Assembly (NCBI GenBank): GCA_903900025.1
Contig: CAIULN010000075.1
Location: 12 to 64,011 of the forward strand
Origin: an uncultured Methanomicrobiales archaeon
Lineage (GTDB): Archaea; Halobacteriota; Methanomicrobia; Methanomicrobiales; Methanospirillaceae
Direction: 5' to 3'
Length of the DNA stretch: 64,000 nucleotides
The notes beneath the pieces are model-generated. The model did not search any database, was not told the DNA's origin, and was given only the letters and a program-made list of their open reading frames with translations. Positions 35,355-45,073 of this stretch are shown piece after piece (the stretch's first letter is position 1; each line of letters opens with the position of its first letter). The translations under genes were made by a program, and so were the position numbers.

Positions 35355-36809
35355 TCACCCCCTGTTGCCTTCGGTCACCATGGCACAGATCGTATCCATA
35401 TCGACATGCGCTTCGAAGATTGCCGCGAGTTCATCATAGGGATCTTTTTTCGTGGCATCTAGCGGTACGAAACGCGCTTTTTTCTGTGCATAAAGGTACG
35501 ACAGGAGTGCATTGACAGCGGACGGGTTCTGGAACATTCCGTGCATATAGGTGCCGAAAACAAGCCCGTCGGCACTCACTCTCCCGTCACCCACGAGAGC
35601 CTCCTGATCATTACCCGGTTCTGTCACACCCATATGGATTTCGTAACCGTCGACCACTCCCATCGATGAAAGGATCGGCGGGACGTCGTTCGCTCTTCGC
35701 CGCACCTGCCGGGTCTGCTTATCATATGAGACAAACCGGGTGACGCCATCAAGCAGCCCCAGCCCTTCATAGATCCCTTCAACAGACTCAAAACCCGCAT
35801 CAATGATCTCTTTTCCCAGCATCTGGTACCCGCCGCAGATGCCGATGATCGGGACACCGCGAGCCCGGGCTCTTCGGATCATTACATCCGCCCCCGTCCT
35901 CTTCAGTTCCTGTAAGTCTTGCACAGTATTTTTCGTTCCGGGAATGATGATACAGTCGTACCCGTCGAGCGGAACACCCAAAGGCACGTACTCGACCGCA
36001 GCGTACCTCTCAAGCAGCTCGAAGTCCGTAAAGTTGGAGATCCGAAGAAGCCGTACGACCGCAATCCTGACTGCGTTCTGCCCTGCTTTCTTATCAGAAA
36101 TCGAGAGCGAATCCTCGCTGGGAAGGGGCAGGTCAAAGCAGGGGACAACCCCCAGAACCGGAATGCCCGCCCGCTGTTCAATCATCGCTATGCCCTGCTC
36201 GAATATCTGGATATTGCCCCGGAATTTGTTGATGATGATCCCACGCACAAGCGGTTTTAAATCATCCGGCAGGAGGTCAAGGGTACCAAGGACCTGGGCA
36301 AATACACCGCCCCGTTCAATATCAGCCACGAGGATCAGGGGAATGTTCAGGACCCGTGCAAGCTGAATATTGGCAATGTCGCGGTCGTAGAGGTTCAGTT
36401 CGGCAGCCCCCCCCGCACCTTCGACAATGACATGCCCATAGGTTGCCTTAAGGCGGTCGTATGCCTCCACTGCCTGTTTGAGAAGATTTTCTGTCTCCTT
36501 ATAGTAATCGGTGATCGGAACGTCCTTGTAGGGCCGGCCGAAGAGCACGATCTGCGAGATGCAGTCTCCCTTGGGTTTCAGGAGGATCGGGTTCATGTCC
36601 GTCTGTGGAGGGACCTTTGCTGCGTGTGCCTGCATTGCCTGTGCCATGCCAATCTCGCCGCCATCGGATGTCACGTATGAGTTCAGGCTCATATTCTGGG
36701 ACTTGAACGGCGCTACCCTGATGCCCCGGTTCACAAGGCAGCGGCAGATGGCAGCAACGGTCACGCTCTTGCCGACATGGGATGCAGTGCCGAGAATAAA
36801 GAGGGACAT
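35355..36809 (-). CDS. cobQ: Cobyric acid synthase
   Basis: MSLFILGTASHVGKSVTVAAICR, EGAGGAAELNLYDRDIAN, and a C-terminal glutamine amidotransferase domain (GICGGYQMLG, ...YEIHMG). Confidence 0.9.
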   Translation of the reverse strand: MSLFILGTASHVGKSVTVAAICRCLVNRGIRVAPFKSQNMSLNSYVTSDGGEIGMAQAMQAHAAKVPPQTDMNPILLKPKGDCISQIVLFGRPYKDVPITDYYKETENLLKQAVEAYDRLKATYGHVIVEGAGGAAELNLYDRDIANIQLARVLNIPLILVADIERGGVFAQVLGTLDLLPDDLKPLVRGIIINKFRGNIQIFEQGIAMIEQRAGIPVLGVVPCFDLPLPSEDSLSISDKKAGQNAVRIAVVRLLRISNFTDFELLERYAAVEYVPLGVPLDGYDCIIIPGTKNTVQDLQELKRTGADVMIRRARARGVPIIGICGGYQMLGKEIIDAGFESVEGIYEGLGLLDGVTRFVSYDKQTRQVRRRANDVPPILSSMGVVDGYEIHMGVTEPGNDQEALVGDGRVSADGLVFGTYMHGMFQNPSAVNALLSYLYAQKKARFVPLDATKKDPYDELAAIFEAHVDMDTICAMVTEGNRG

Positions 36810-36864
36810 GGAATTGATAACATATATATGACGTTTAAATTAAAGACACTCATTCTGATCAGCC

Positions 36865-38508
36865 ATGGGGCTCACTCATATCGCGCGGACGCTCCTGAAA
36901 AGCCGGTACCTTCTCCCCCACGAAACCCCTGAGGGTATGTTCATCCGGGTGGCAAAGACTGTCGATACCCCGGAATCAAAACAGTTCCTTTCCCTGATGA
37001 AAAAATTATTATTTTTACCCAATTCACCGACCCTGATGAACGCAGGGACATCTTCAGGCCAGCTCTCTGCCTGCTTCGTGCTTCCGGTAAAGGATTCCGT
37101 CCAGGGAATTTTTTCCACGCTCACCTCCATGGCTGTTATTCACAAAAGCGGGGGTGGGACCGGTTTTTCCTTCAGCGATATCCGCCCGAAAGGAGACCGT
37201 GTGTCCTCAACCGGAGGGGTGGCAAGCGGCCCGTTGCCCTTCATCCGGGTTTTTGATGAGGCAACAAACGCCGTAAAACAGGGAGGGAAACGACGGGGGG
37301 CGAATATGGGTGTGCTTGCGGCCTCCCACCCGGATATCCTTGATTTTATCAATGCAAAGAATGAGGGGGGATTAAAAAATTTTAATCTCTCCGTCAGTTT
37401 TGATGCGGATTTCTTTCACACCCTCAGGAAAGGTTCCCCCTATGATTTAATCAACCCGCGCGACGGGAGCGTGTGGGACACTATTGATCCCCATGTCCTT
37501 ATGCAGACACTTGCCGGTGCAGCGTGGAGATCGGGAGACCCCGGCGTACTGTTTTACGATACCATCAACCGGAAAAATACCGTGCCGGGCCTTGGAACCA
37601 TTGAGGCAACCAACCCCTGCGGTGAACAGCCGCTCCTGCCTTTTGAAAGCTGCAACCTCGGGAGCATCAACCTTTCGCGGTGTATCAAACGAGGCGAGGT
37701 CAATGAAGAACTGCTGCAGACCGTCACACGGCTGGGTGTGGAATTCCTCGATGCGGTGATCGACATCAACAGGTTCCCGCTGCTAAAGATCAGGAAAAAG
37801 ACAAAAAATACACGGAAGATCGGGCTGGGTGTGATGGGGCTTGCCGATGCATTCATCCTGATGGGAATTCCCTACGAATCAAAGGAAGCCCTTGCCTGTG
37901 CCGACAGGCTGATGGGATTTATTGCACAGGAGGCGCGTGGAATGTCAGAAGAACTGGGAGAACAGAAAGGCTCGTTTCCTGCCATTGACAACAGTATTTT
38001 TTCCGGTTCCATGCGCAACGCTACCGTCACGACCATTGCACCCACAGGATCACTCCACCTGATCGCAAACACCAGCAGCGGCATTGAACCGATCTTTTCA
38101 TTATCATATCAACGGCGGATCGGAAATACGTCAGTGAGCGTGATCCACCCGCTCCTGAAAACCGTTGTAAAATCCCTCAGATCGGGCACTGATATTCTTG
38201 CAGAGGTGAGGCGGACCGGCAGCATCGGTCATGCGCCTGTGCCCGATGATGTGAAAGAATTATTCAGGACCGCGGTTGAGATCGCCCCTGACCACCATAT
38301 TGATATGCAGGCAGCATTCCAGAGGCACGTGGACAATGCCGTCTCCAAAACAGTCAACCTGCCGCAGACAGCGGATGTGGACGGGATATACCGGATATTC
38401 CTGCGTGCCCGTACTCTTGGGTGCAAGGGAGTGACGGTGTATCGTTACAACAGTAAAAAAGACCAGGTGCTGTCACGGGGCTGCGAGATGTGCAGGACTG
38501 ATCCATAA
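36865..38508 (+). CDS. nrdJ: Adenosylcobalamin-dependent (class II) ribonucleotide reductase, short form
   Basis: PNSPTLMNAG, LSACFVLPV, GGGTGFSFSDIRPKGD, RRGANMGVL, NPCGEQPLLPFESCNLGSINL and the C-terminal Cys pair CEMC. Confidence 0.85.
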   Translation: MGLTHIARTLLKSRYLLPHETPEGMFIRVAKTVDTPESKQFLSLMKKLLFLPNSPTLMNAGTSSGQLSACFVLPVKDSVQGIFSTLTSMAVIHKSGGGTGFSFSDIRPKGDRVSSTGGVASGPLPFIRVFDEATNAVKQGGKRRGANMGVLAASHPDILDFINAKNEGGLKNFNLSVSFDADFFHTLRKGSPYDLINPRDGSVWDTIDPHVLMQTLAGAAWRSGDPGVLFYDTINRKNTVPGLGTIEATNPCGEQPLLPFESCNLGSINLSRCIKRGEVNEELLQTVTRLGVEFLDAVIDINRFPLLKIRKKTKNTRKIGLGVMGLADAFILMGIPYESKEALACADRLMGFIAQEARGMSEELGEQKGSFPAIDNSIFSGSMRNATVTTIAPTGSLHLIANTSSGIEPIFSLSYQRRIGNTSVSVIHPLLKTVVKSLRSGTDILAEVRRTGSIGHAPVPDDVKELFRTAVEIAPDHHIDMQAAFQRHVDNAVSKTVNLPQTADVDGIYRIFLRARTLGCKGVTVYRYNSKKDQVLSRGCEMCRTDP

Positions 38509-38592
38509 GGCAGTGCGGCTGTTCTGTCTTTTAGGGAATTCCTTTGGCAATGCCAAGGAATAAATAAGGAGGAAAGATAAAAAGTAGTCATA

Positions 38593-38898
38593 ATGATTGG
38601 TGGGATTTGCCCGACGTGTGGTCTACCGAAAGAACTCTGTATCTGTGAGGAGGTAGCAAAGGAACAGCAAAGGATCAATGTCAAGGTCAATAAACGCCGG
38701 TACGGAAAAGAGGTCACCGTGATCGAAGGGCTCGACCCGACCGACATTGATCTTGAGGATTTGTCAAAATTCATGAAAGGAAAACTCGCCTGCGGGGGAA
38801 CGGTCAAAGGCAACTCGATCGAATTGCAGGGAAATCACCGGGACCGTGTCAAGGAACTGCTCACCCTGAAGGGGTACAGCGTCGATAACATATCCTGA
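38593..38898 (+). CDS. sui1: Translation initiation factor aSUI1 (eIF1 homolog)
   Basis: [20 protein letters not shown]...[20 protein letters not shown]...[26 protein letters not shown]. Confidence 0.9.
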   Translation: MIGGICPTCGLPKELCICEEVAKEQQRINVKVNKRRYGKEVTVIEGLDPTDIDLEDLSKFMKGKLACGGTVKGNSIELQGNHRDRVKELLTLKGYSVDNIS

Positions 38899-38899
38899 A

Positions 38900-38908
38900 T
38901 TTTTTTTT
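38900..38908 (+). terminator. Oligo-T termination signal after sui1
   Basis: T9 run begins 2 nt after the TGA. Archaeal RNA polymerase terminates at oligo-T tracts (established). Confidence 0.5.
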
Positions 38909-39187
38909 GCGACTGGGTACCATTCACCACTGCCCACAGGGTACAGTTGTGTCCTTTTTTTTTTTAAATCTCTCTTTTATTGAGATTTTGTATGAATGAA
39001 GATCGGTCAAGGCATATGCCAGCTGTGAAAAACGTGCGAAAGAGGATTGTCAGGGATTGCCACCACCCGAGGGGTGCCGGGTGGGAGGGGGTCCGCACAC
39101 CACATCCTGTAAAACTTCTGTTTTTTTCCCACCGCCGGTTACAAGTGACACGCCCCGCGTGTCCTCTTTGGTTCATACCCAAAATTC

Positions 39188-39196
39188 AAAAAAAAA
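39188..39196 (-). terminator. Oligo-T termination signal after the pilus-type operon
   Basis: A9 on the plus strand, which is T9 on the minus strand directly after the stop at 39197-39199. A GACACGC-CCC-GCGTGTC hairpin lies further downstream (~39140-39160). Confidence 0.5.
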
Positions 39197-40234
39197 TTAA
39201 ACCACGAACCGGAATGCGATCCATGCGATGAGGAGCATCAGTGCCGAGTACTTGAGACCCCCGATCACCCTCCCTTCACTCATCACTCCTGCCATAAGTC
39301 CCGAGAAGAATCCCTGGAGCATTGCCCCGTGGGCAAACAGACGTTTGTACGCAGGAACATCAATTCTCCCTATGAACTGGCTGCCGGCACCGGACTGCGA
39401 CGCTGCGGCACCGGCAGTCGCCATGGTGGTGAGGAAGGAGCTCACCAGGATTGCAATGACAAACAGGAATACCCCAAACGAGACCAGTATGATGACCATA
39501 TAGATCAGCATATTGTTGCGCCGTTCCTGCGCAAGGTTCACCACTTCAAAGGTGTCGCGGGCCGCTGCCCTTAACACCTCGCTCACGTCGCCTCCTGCCC
39601 TGCTTGCCTTTGCAATGAGGTCGACACTGCGGTCGGCCATCTTGGTGCCAAGAATCTTCCCGAAGTGGCTGAGCGCCTCGACAAAACCCACACCCCACGA
39701 CATCTCGTTATCGAGTTTCTTGATATGGGGTGTTAATGTCCCGTATTCAGCGTTCGCAACAAGATGTACGGCGTTGGGAAGTGTCATACCGCTATCATTC
39801 ATGCCGGCAAGGTCACGGAAGAAGTTCGGCAGCGCCTCCTCGAGATTCCTGACACGGAGTTCCTCTTTTAAATCCAGCAGAGCAAGCGGGACAACGGCAA
39901 TCAGGACTGCGAAAACCGCAAAATCGTCCACGACAGTGGAATTGAAAAGAACGCCAATACCGTACGTCTTAACCATGGAAATAAAACCGCCAATAAATAC
40001 AATCAGGGCGACAGGAACGCAGACAATCAGGATATTTATTGGTTTTTCGGTGAGCACTTCGACCGGGTGCTTGAAGAACCGTCCAATCCCCTCGCGGCTC
40101 TTGCGCTCAACCTCCAGTTTCTTTGTGATCTCAGGGACGGTCTCCTCGACTTTGACGAGGTCAGCTGCGGGTAGTTTGGGCTGTTTGAATTTCCCGCGGT
40201 TGAGCATGTTGTTGAGGGTTTCCTTGAATCCCAT
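39197..40234 (-). CDS. Type II secretion system F-domain membrane protein (TadC/EpdK/FlaJ-half-like platform subunit 2)
   Basis: 345 aa with a single T2SSF-type cytoplasmic domain (LPNFFRDLAGMNDSGMTLPNAVHLV...AGGDVSEVL) flanked by TM helices. Starts 1 nt after the preceding platform gene. Confidence 0.8.
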   Translation of the reverse strand: MGFKETLNNMLNRGKFKQPKLPAADLVKVEETVPEITKKLEVERKSREGIGRFFKHPVEVLTEKPINILIVCVPVALIVFIGGFISMVKTYGIGVLFNSTVVDDFAVFAVLIAVVPLALLDLKEELRVRNLEEALPNFFRDLAGMNDSGMTLPNAVHLVANAEYGTLTPHIKKLDNEMSWGVGFVEALSHFGKILGTKMADRSVDLIAKASRAGGDVSEVLRAAARDTFEVVNLAQERRNNMLIYMVIILVSFGVFLFVIAILVSSFLTTMATAGAAASQSGAGSQFIGRIDVPAYKRLFAHGAMLQGFFSGLMAGVMSEGRVIGGLKYSALMLLIAWIAFRFVV

Positions 40235-40235
40235 A

Positions 40236-41159
40236 CTACATCTCCGGTGTCATGGTACTGACCATTACGACAAACCCGATACTGCCGAATGGGATCATGA
40301 TATAGATGATGGCGTAGAGGAACAGCGGCATCTTCTCTCCACTGAGCACCGACATGATCGACTGGAGGATGATCAAAAACAGCATACCAGCGACGACGGC
40401 GGTGACATAGGACTCGGAGATCAGCCCGAGCGTTTCAAGGAACAGTTTCTGTGTCTGCCGGTTCTCAAGTGCGTACTGGCCGGCCTTTGTCCTGAAGTAC
40501 TCGGTAAGGTTGCCACCCGACGAGATGCTGGCCATCGCACCCTGTAAGAACTCCTTCATCCGTGCACTCGGCGTGCTTGAACCCACGAGGCGCAGGGCAT
40601 CGATGAGGTCTCTGCCGAAGATATCAATCTCGCGGGCGATGTATCGTGCCTCAACCGAGCATTCGCCATAGATCGGGCTGTCTCCGAGCAGGCGGAAGAC
40701 TTCTGCCGGTGTGATACCGGCAGTGGACATGGACGTGATATAATTGATGGCATACGGGAGGGAGGCGTCAATTTTTCTCCTCCTGTCTCCTGCCATGATA
40801 TTCGGGTAGACCAGAAACGCGATGTAGGTGAACCCTCCAAAAAAAAGGACGGAGAAAATGATGGCAAACAGTGTGCCGAGCACAAGGCTGTACTGCGACA
40901 TTTTCAAAACTGCGTCCGGCACCTCTCCCCTGTAGATGATCAGACCCGGGATATTAAGCAGATACGTCAGGCTTCCAAGCACGACCGCCAGACCCAGGCC
41001 TGTGATGGCCGAGCTCACCAGTGCCGTTGATATATATACTTCAAACGGGGTCTTCGAGCGGGCAGAGACAAGATCGGAGCGCAGTGTTACGTACTGGTCG
41101 CGCTGTGCCTTCATCCGCTTGCCAAGGAGGTTAAAACAGAACCGCTCGTAACTATTCAT
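40236..41159 (-). CDS. Type II secretion system F-domain membrane protein (TadB/EpdJ/FlaJ-half-like platform subunit 1)
   Basis: 307 aa with a single T2SSF domain (LPYAINYITSMSTAGITPAEVFRLL...SGGNLTEYF) and TM helices. The start overlaps the ATPase gene stop by 8 nt. Confidence 0.8.
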   Translation of the reverse strand: MNSYERFCFNLLGKRMKAQRDQYVTLRSDLVSARSKTPFEVYISTALVSSAITGLGLAVVLGSLTYLLNIPGLIIYRGEVPDAVLKMSQYSLVLGTLFAIIFSVLFFGGFTYIAFLVYPNIMAGDRRRKIDASLPYAINYITSMSTAGITPAEVFRLLGDSPIYGECSVEARYIAREIDIFGRDLIDALRLVGSSTPSARMKEFLQGAMASISSGGNLTEYFRTKAGQYALENRQTQKLFLETLGLISESYVTAVVAGMLFLIILQSIMSVLSGEKMPLFLYAIIYIMIPFGSIGFVVMVSTMTPEM

Positions 41160-43569
41160 AGATATCTTTCCTCACCTTTTCAATGACGGCTTCGGGATCA
41201 CGGTGGTACGATATCAGGATTTTCGACACGTCCTTGTAGTGCCGGATCTTTTTGATCCTCATCCATTCAAGAACCTCCTGCCTGCGCTTCAGTTCCTCAC
41301 GCATCCGGTTGTCGCTCCACCCCTTCGCTTCCATGATCTCTTCAAGGATGTAGGACTTGCCTGAATAGCTGATCTCGTCGGTGGCTGACCGCCATTTGAA
41401 TACCTCGTTCGTGATCAGCTCGTTGGTCCTCGGATCGATATCAAGGAGTTCAACGATCTGCTTGCTCCTCCTGATCCGTTTCCCGCCAACCCTGGCCTGG
41501 ACCTGGATACAGACAATATCGAGTGCAGAGAGCATGTTCCTGGGCACGTCCAGCGGCGGGTTCTCGATACGGTGGACCACACTTGACACTGAATCGGCGT
41601 GGATGGTGGAGTACGTGACGTGTCCCGTGCTCATCGCCTGGAAGAGCGTCTGGGCTTCCTTGCCACGGACCTCGCCGACAATGATATACTCCGGACGCTG
41701 CCGCATTGCGGCACGCAGCAGTTCATACATATTGATCTCCCCACGCCCTGCAGCGTCGAATGAGTCGCGTGTCACACTGGGGATCCAGTTGGGATGCGGG
41801 AGTTTGATCTCACGCGTGTCTTCCAGTGTCACAATCTTTGCCATCGGGGGAATGAAAAGGGCAATGGCGTTTAATGAGGTGGTCTTTCCCGAGGCAGTCC
41901 CGCCGGCAAAGAGGATGGACTTGCCATGTTCGACAGCAAGCCAGATATACGCAATTGAGAGGGGGACGAACGTCTTCCATTCGATGAGATCGGTCGGTGT
42001 GATCGGTTCGTCCTTGAACTTACGGATGGTAAACGTCGACCCGTGCGCAGTGACTTCCTGGCCCAGCGTCATCTGGATACGGGAACCATCACTCATCGTC
42101 CCGTCGAGGATCGGTTCGGCGATCGATATGTACTTGCCTGCCCTCTGGGCAAGCTTTGTCACAAACGAATCAAGCTCCTCGGCATTATGGTAGGAGAGCG
42201 TTGTCTTCATTGATTCGTAGCTTGCATGGTATGTAAAGATCTGGCTGTTGACACCATCGCACGAGATATCCTCGATGTATTTGTCGTGCATGATCGCATC
42301 AATCATCCCATCGCCGAGGAAATCCTTGTACATATTGTACATGATTTTTTCACGCTGAGCGGGCGAGAGCTTGATCCCGTAATCATGCATGATATTGTCT
42401 GTTGAAACACGGAGTCTGAGCCGTGCGTCCTCTTTTGATAAATCCTTGGTATTGATATCAAGCGTGTCGAACAGGCGCTCCTTGAGCTCCTTTAACAGGT
42501 CCTTTTCAGGTTCGGTGAGGAGGGGTTCAAGCACCTGGTACGTATATTCGTGGGTTGCGTGGTCATAGATGATCCGGATGTACGCAAAGGGTTCGTTGAC
42601 CGGATAGACCTCGATCTCTTCGATCCCTGGGGTGGGGTGGAAGGTGAGGTCGACAAGGGGGCCATGGATCTTCGGGTGGTAATCCTCCATTTCGGGACGG
42701 ATGACTTTGAAGAGAGCCGAGATCCCACCCTTTTTGAAGGCGGCGATCCCTGTCTTTTTCTTTGGGATACTATCAGTTTCCAGATCAAGGTCCTTAAAGC
42801 CGACGCTTGAAAATTCCCGCTTCCAGATCTCGTTGATCTCAGGGGGGAGTGTCCCGGTACCCTTGCCTTCAAATACATTGACACGCCCGTGGAGCCTGAT
42901 CTCGTCCACCTTGAACGTGGCGCCCTTCGGGAGGATGAGTCCTGAAAGGTCAGAGATCTGGTCCACGGATATGATCTTCTCATCCGTTTCGGCTTTGCTG
43001 CCGGCAGATGCAACTGCTGCGGCCTTTCCTGCCGGGGGTTTTTTTTCAGAGGGTTTGGGCAAAACCGCATCGGTTGCACGGGGCCGGTCAACAACCTCCA
43101 GTATATCATCGCTCGGGGGTGGCGACGGCTTCTTTTCGGATGCGGGTGGCTTTGTCCCCATCTCTGCCATCACCATTCCCAGCGACGCACGCACATCATC
43201 AGCACTTATCTCCTGCCCGGGGCCGGAGAGGACCGTCGCTTTTTTGACGGCGGCTGATGATGGAATATCTTTGCGGGCCTGATCTGCGGGGGCCTGGGGT
43301 GCCGCCGGGCTTTCATAAAAAGAGTCGGGAATTGGTTGCGTGTCTGACGGCAGTGGACCGGATGGTGGCTGGAACCCTTCCTTTTTTGCAGCGGATAGTC
43401 TCTTGATCAGATCAGTTAAGTCACTTCCATCTTCACTGCCCGTCCTGATCTCGGGTTCCGCAAGCTGACCCGGTGTTTTTTCTTTCTCCGGTATTTTTGG
43501 TTTTTTTAAAGCACCAAGGATCTTCATCAGTGAGGTATCATCTGATTCTGGATTGGTCTGGTCTGTCAA
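41152..43569 (-). CDS. FlaI/GspE/VirB11-family secretion ATPase with ~300-aa low-complexity N-terminal extension
   Basis: The C-terminal ~500 aa has Walker A GGTASGKTT, Walker B/Asp box EYIIVGEVRG and His box TYSTIHA. Residues 1-~300 are Pro/Ser/Lys/Ala-rich (KKPSPPPSDD, SEKKPPAGKAAA). Confidence 0.9.
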   Translation of the reverse strand: MTDQTNPESDDTSLMKILGALKKPKIPEKEKTPGQLAEPEIRTGSEDGSDLTDLIKRLSAAKKEGFQPPSGPLPSDTQPIPDSFYESPAAPQAPADQARKDIPSSAAVKKATVLSGPGQEISADDVRASLGMVMAEMGTKPPASEKKPSPPPSDDILEVVDRPRATDAVLPKPSEKKPPAGKAAAVASAGSKAETDEKIISVDQISDLSGLILPKGATFKVDEIRLHGRVNVFEGKGTGTLPPEINEIWKREFSSVGFKDLDLETDSIPKKKTGIAAFKKGGISALFKVIRPEMEDYHPKIHGPLVDLTFHPTPGIEEIEVYPVNEPFAYIRIIYDHATHEYTYQVLEPLLTEPEKDLLKELKERLFDTLDINTKDLSKEDARLRLRVSTDNIMHDYGIKLSPAQREKIMYNMYKDFLGDGMIDAIMHDKYIEDISCDGVNSQIFTYHASYESMKTTLSYHNAEELDSFVTKLAQRAGKYISIAEPILDGTMSDGSRIQMTLGQEVTAHGSTFTIRKFKDEPITPTDLIEWKTFVPLSIAYIWLAVEHGKSILFAGGTASGKTTSLNAIALFIPPMAKIVTLEDTREIKLPHPNWIPSVTRDSFDAAGRGEINMYELLRAAMRQRPEYIIVGEVRGKEAQTLFQAMSTGHVTYSTIHADSVSSVVHRIENPPLDVPRNMLSALDIVCIQVQARVGGKRIRRSKQIVELLDIDPRTNELITNEVFKWRSATDEISYSGKSYILEEIMEAKGWSDNRMREELKRRQEVLEWMRIKKIRHYKDVSKILISYHRDPEAVIEKVRKDIYE

Positions 43570-43795
43570 ACAGGATTCCCCCTGTGCATCTGGTGAAACT
43601 ATGCAACTTGCTTAACTGATACATATCCATTTTAGTATATCTACTCTCTGGAGATTTTCCACCCGTCACCCGTTTTTAATCATTTTCATTCCGGACCAAT
43701 GTTCATCAGGGACTGGTGTCCAGCCTGAACCGGTATCTGCCGCGGACACATGCCTGGTGTTCCATCGATCGTGGATTGTCCCGTTCATGCCAGAT

Positions 43796-44503
43796 TCAGG
43801 CTCCTTTCTGCAGATCCGACTGGAGATTTTTGATCGCCAGCCGCAACAGCCCGAGCTGTGCATCCTTTTGCGTAAATACGCATAAAAACAGGTCACCACA
43901 CGGTGCAATGATGATCTTGTTGGTGGCAGTCTCCAGGATCAGCTGGTCAAGGTTGCCGATCTCCATCTCTTTTGTGATCTTGATGCCGGCACGCAGCAGG
44001 TCTTCACCGAGTGCGGCGACATGTTCGAAATCGGCATCGCCCAGTGACTGGACGGAAAAACCTTCAAAAAAACCTGATATGGCGATAACTCCCGGAAGCG
44101 TCAGGATCTTTTTGAGTTGGGTTTCGTCCAGAAGGGGAGGGAAGTGCGTATCCTGAGCTTTTTTTGGTTCTGCCAGCAACAGTCCTTCCTCCTCGCAAAC
44201 TGCAACTGCATCGTGGAATTCGTCCTCATTGTAGGCACGCAATGTGAATGTCTGGTTATAGCCGGCCTCATCGGATTGGACAGACCCCAGATGTTCAAGA
44301 GCTTCTTTTCCCTTAAAAGAGCCACTCATATCCTTAAAATAAACAGCGATCAGGGTGCCATGATCCGTCACTATGAACCCGTGCCCCAGCTGGGTGTCAA
44401 TCTCCACAGCCCCATGAAATGTCATCAGTTGCTGGACGGCACCCTCCTCCTGCGGGTTTGTTATGACCCCGCCATCTGTCCCTGCTGGAAGTTTCATGAT
44501 CAA
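43796..44503 (-). CDS. Two-domain protein: uncharacterised N-domain (paralog A) plus Roadblock/LC7-like C-domain
   Basis: C-terminal LPGVIAISGFFEGFSVQSLGDADFEHVAALGEDLL...NKIIIAPCGDLFLCVF fits the Roadblock/LC7 pattern. The N-domain TFHGAVEIDTQLGHGFIVTDHGTLIAVYF...GKEALEHL recurs in 45074 and 49924. 4-nt overlap with the upstream roadblock gene. Confidence 0.7.
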   Translation of the reverse strand: MIMKLPAGTDGGVITNPQEEGAVQQLMTFHGAVEIDTQLGHGFIVTDHGTLIAVYFKDMSGSFKGKEALEHLGSVQSDEAGYNQTFTLRAYNEDEFHDAVAVCEEEGLLLAEPKKAQDTHFPPLLDETQLKKILTLPGVIAISGFFEGFSVQSLGDADFEHVAALGEDLLRAGIKITKEMEIGNLDQLILETATNKIIIAPCGDLFLCVFTQKDAQLGLLRLAIKNLQSDLQKGA

Positions 44504-44847
44504 AGTGCGGCGATGATCCGCTCCTTGTTTTTCTTCAATTCGTATCGGATCCTTCCGATATTGGAAGAACTGTCCGCGACAATGGCAATCAACTCATCGG
44601 GTGAAAGTGGTGAGAGGATGATCGGCCCTTTCTCAAGCTCAACGAGCATCTGAGAAAGTTCCCCTTTACCGAGTGTGGTGCCCATCGCCTCTGATGTGCC
44701 CAGACCAGTGGATGCCATGGCACCAAGCGCTTCGATATCGACTTTTCCCGACACCGCACTTTCGATAACAAATCCATCCCTTCCGACTACGACTGCCGCT
44801 GATACTCCCTCCACTTTTAAAAATTCTTCGAGCAAAGGCTTTAACAT
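44500..44847 (-). CDS. Roadblock/LC7 (MglB-like) domain protein
   Basis: 115 aa. LEEFLKVEGVSAAVVVGRDGFVIESAVSGKVDIEALGAMAS...ILSPLSPDELIAIVAD is a textbook Roadblock/LC7 pattern. Confidence 0.85.
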   Translation of the reverse strand: MLKPLLEEFLKVEGVSAAVVVGRDGFVIESAVSGKVDIEALGAMASTGLGTSEAMGTTLGKGELSQMLVELEKGPIILSPLSPDELIAIVADSSSNIGRIRYELKKNKERIIAAL

Positions 44848-45073
44848 TTTGACACCACGTGATAATTGAATTGTGCTCCTCCTTTTCTATTAAAACTTTA
44901 GGCTGAACGAAAAGATCCGTGTTTGGTTTAAAAAAAGAAGGAAAATACAATAAAATTTCTCTTTGGTTGCTGAAACCACAGTCGTCGGGACCACGCCACT
45001 GCCACTGTAAAAATCCCTGTTCCCCCCAAGAAACAATAAGATTTAAAATCAAAACGATGACAATAGAAGTATC

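Noticed and set aside
36810-36864. Cobalamin riboswitch upstream of the B12-dependent RNR
   Set aside because: The spacer is only 55 nt, far too short for the ~200-nt cobalamin riboswitch, and no B12-box-like sequence is seen.
39513-40547. 344-codon plus-strand ORF, plus similar antisense ORFs at 41381..42193, 42701..43282, 23153..23893, 24931..25806, 26768..27577, 28842..29711 and 55070..55846
   Set aside because: All are antisense to genes with clear family motifs. None has an SD or a plausible domain. They are treated as shadow ORFs.
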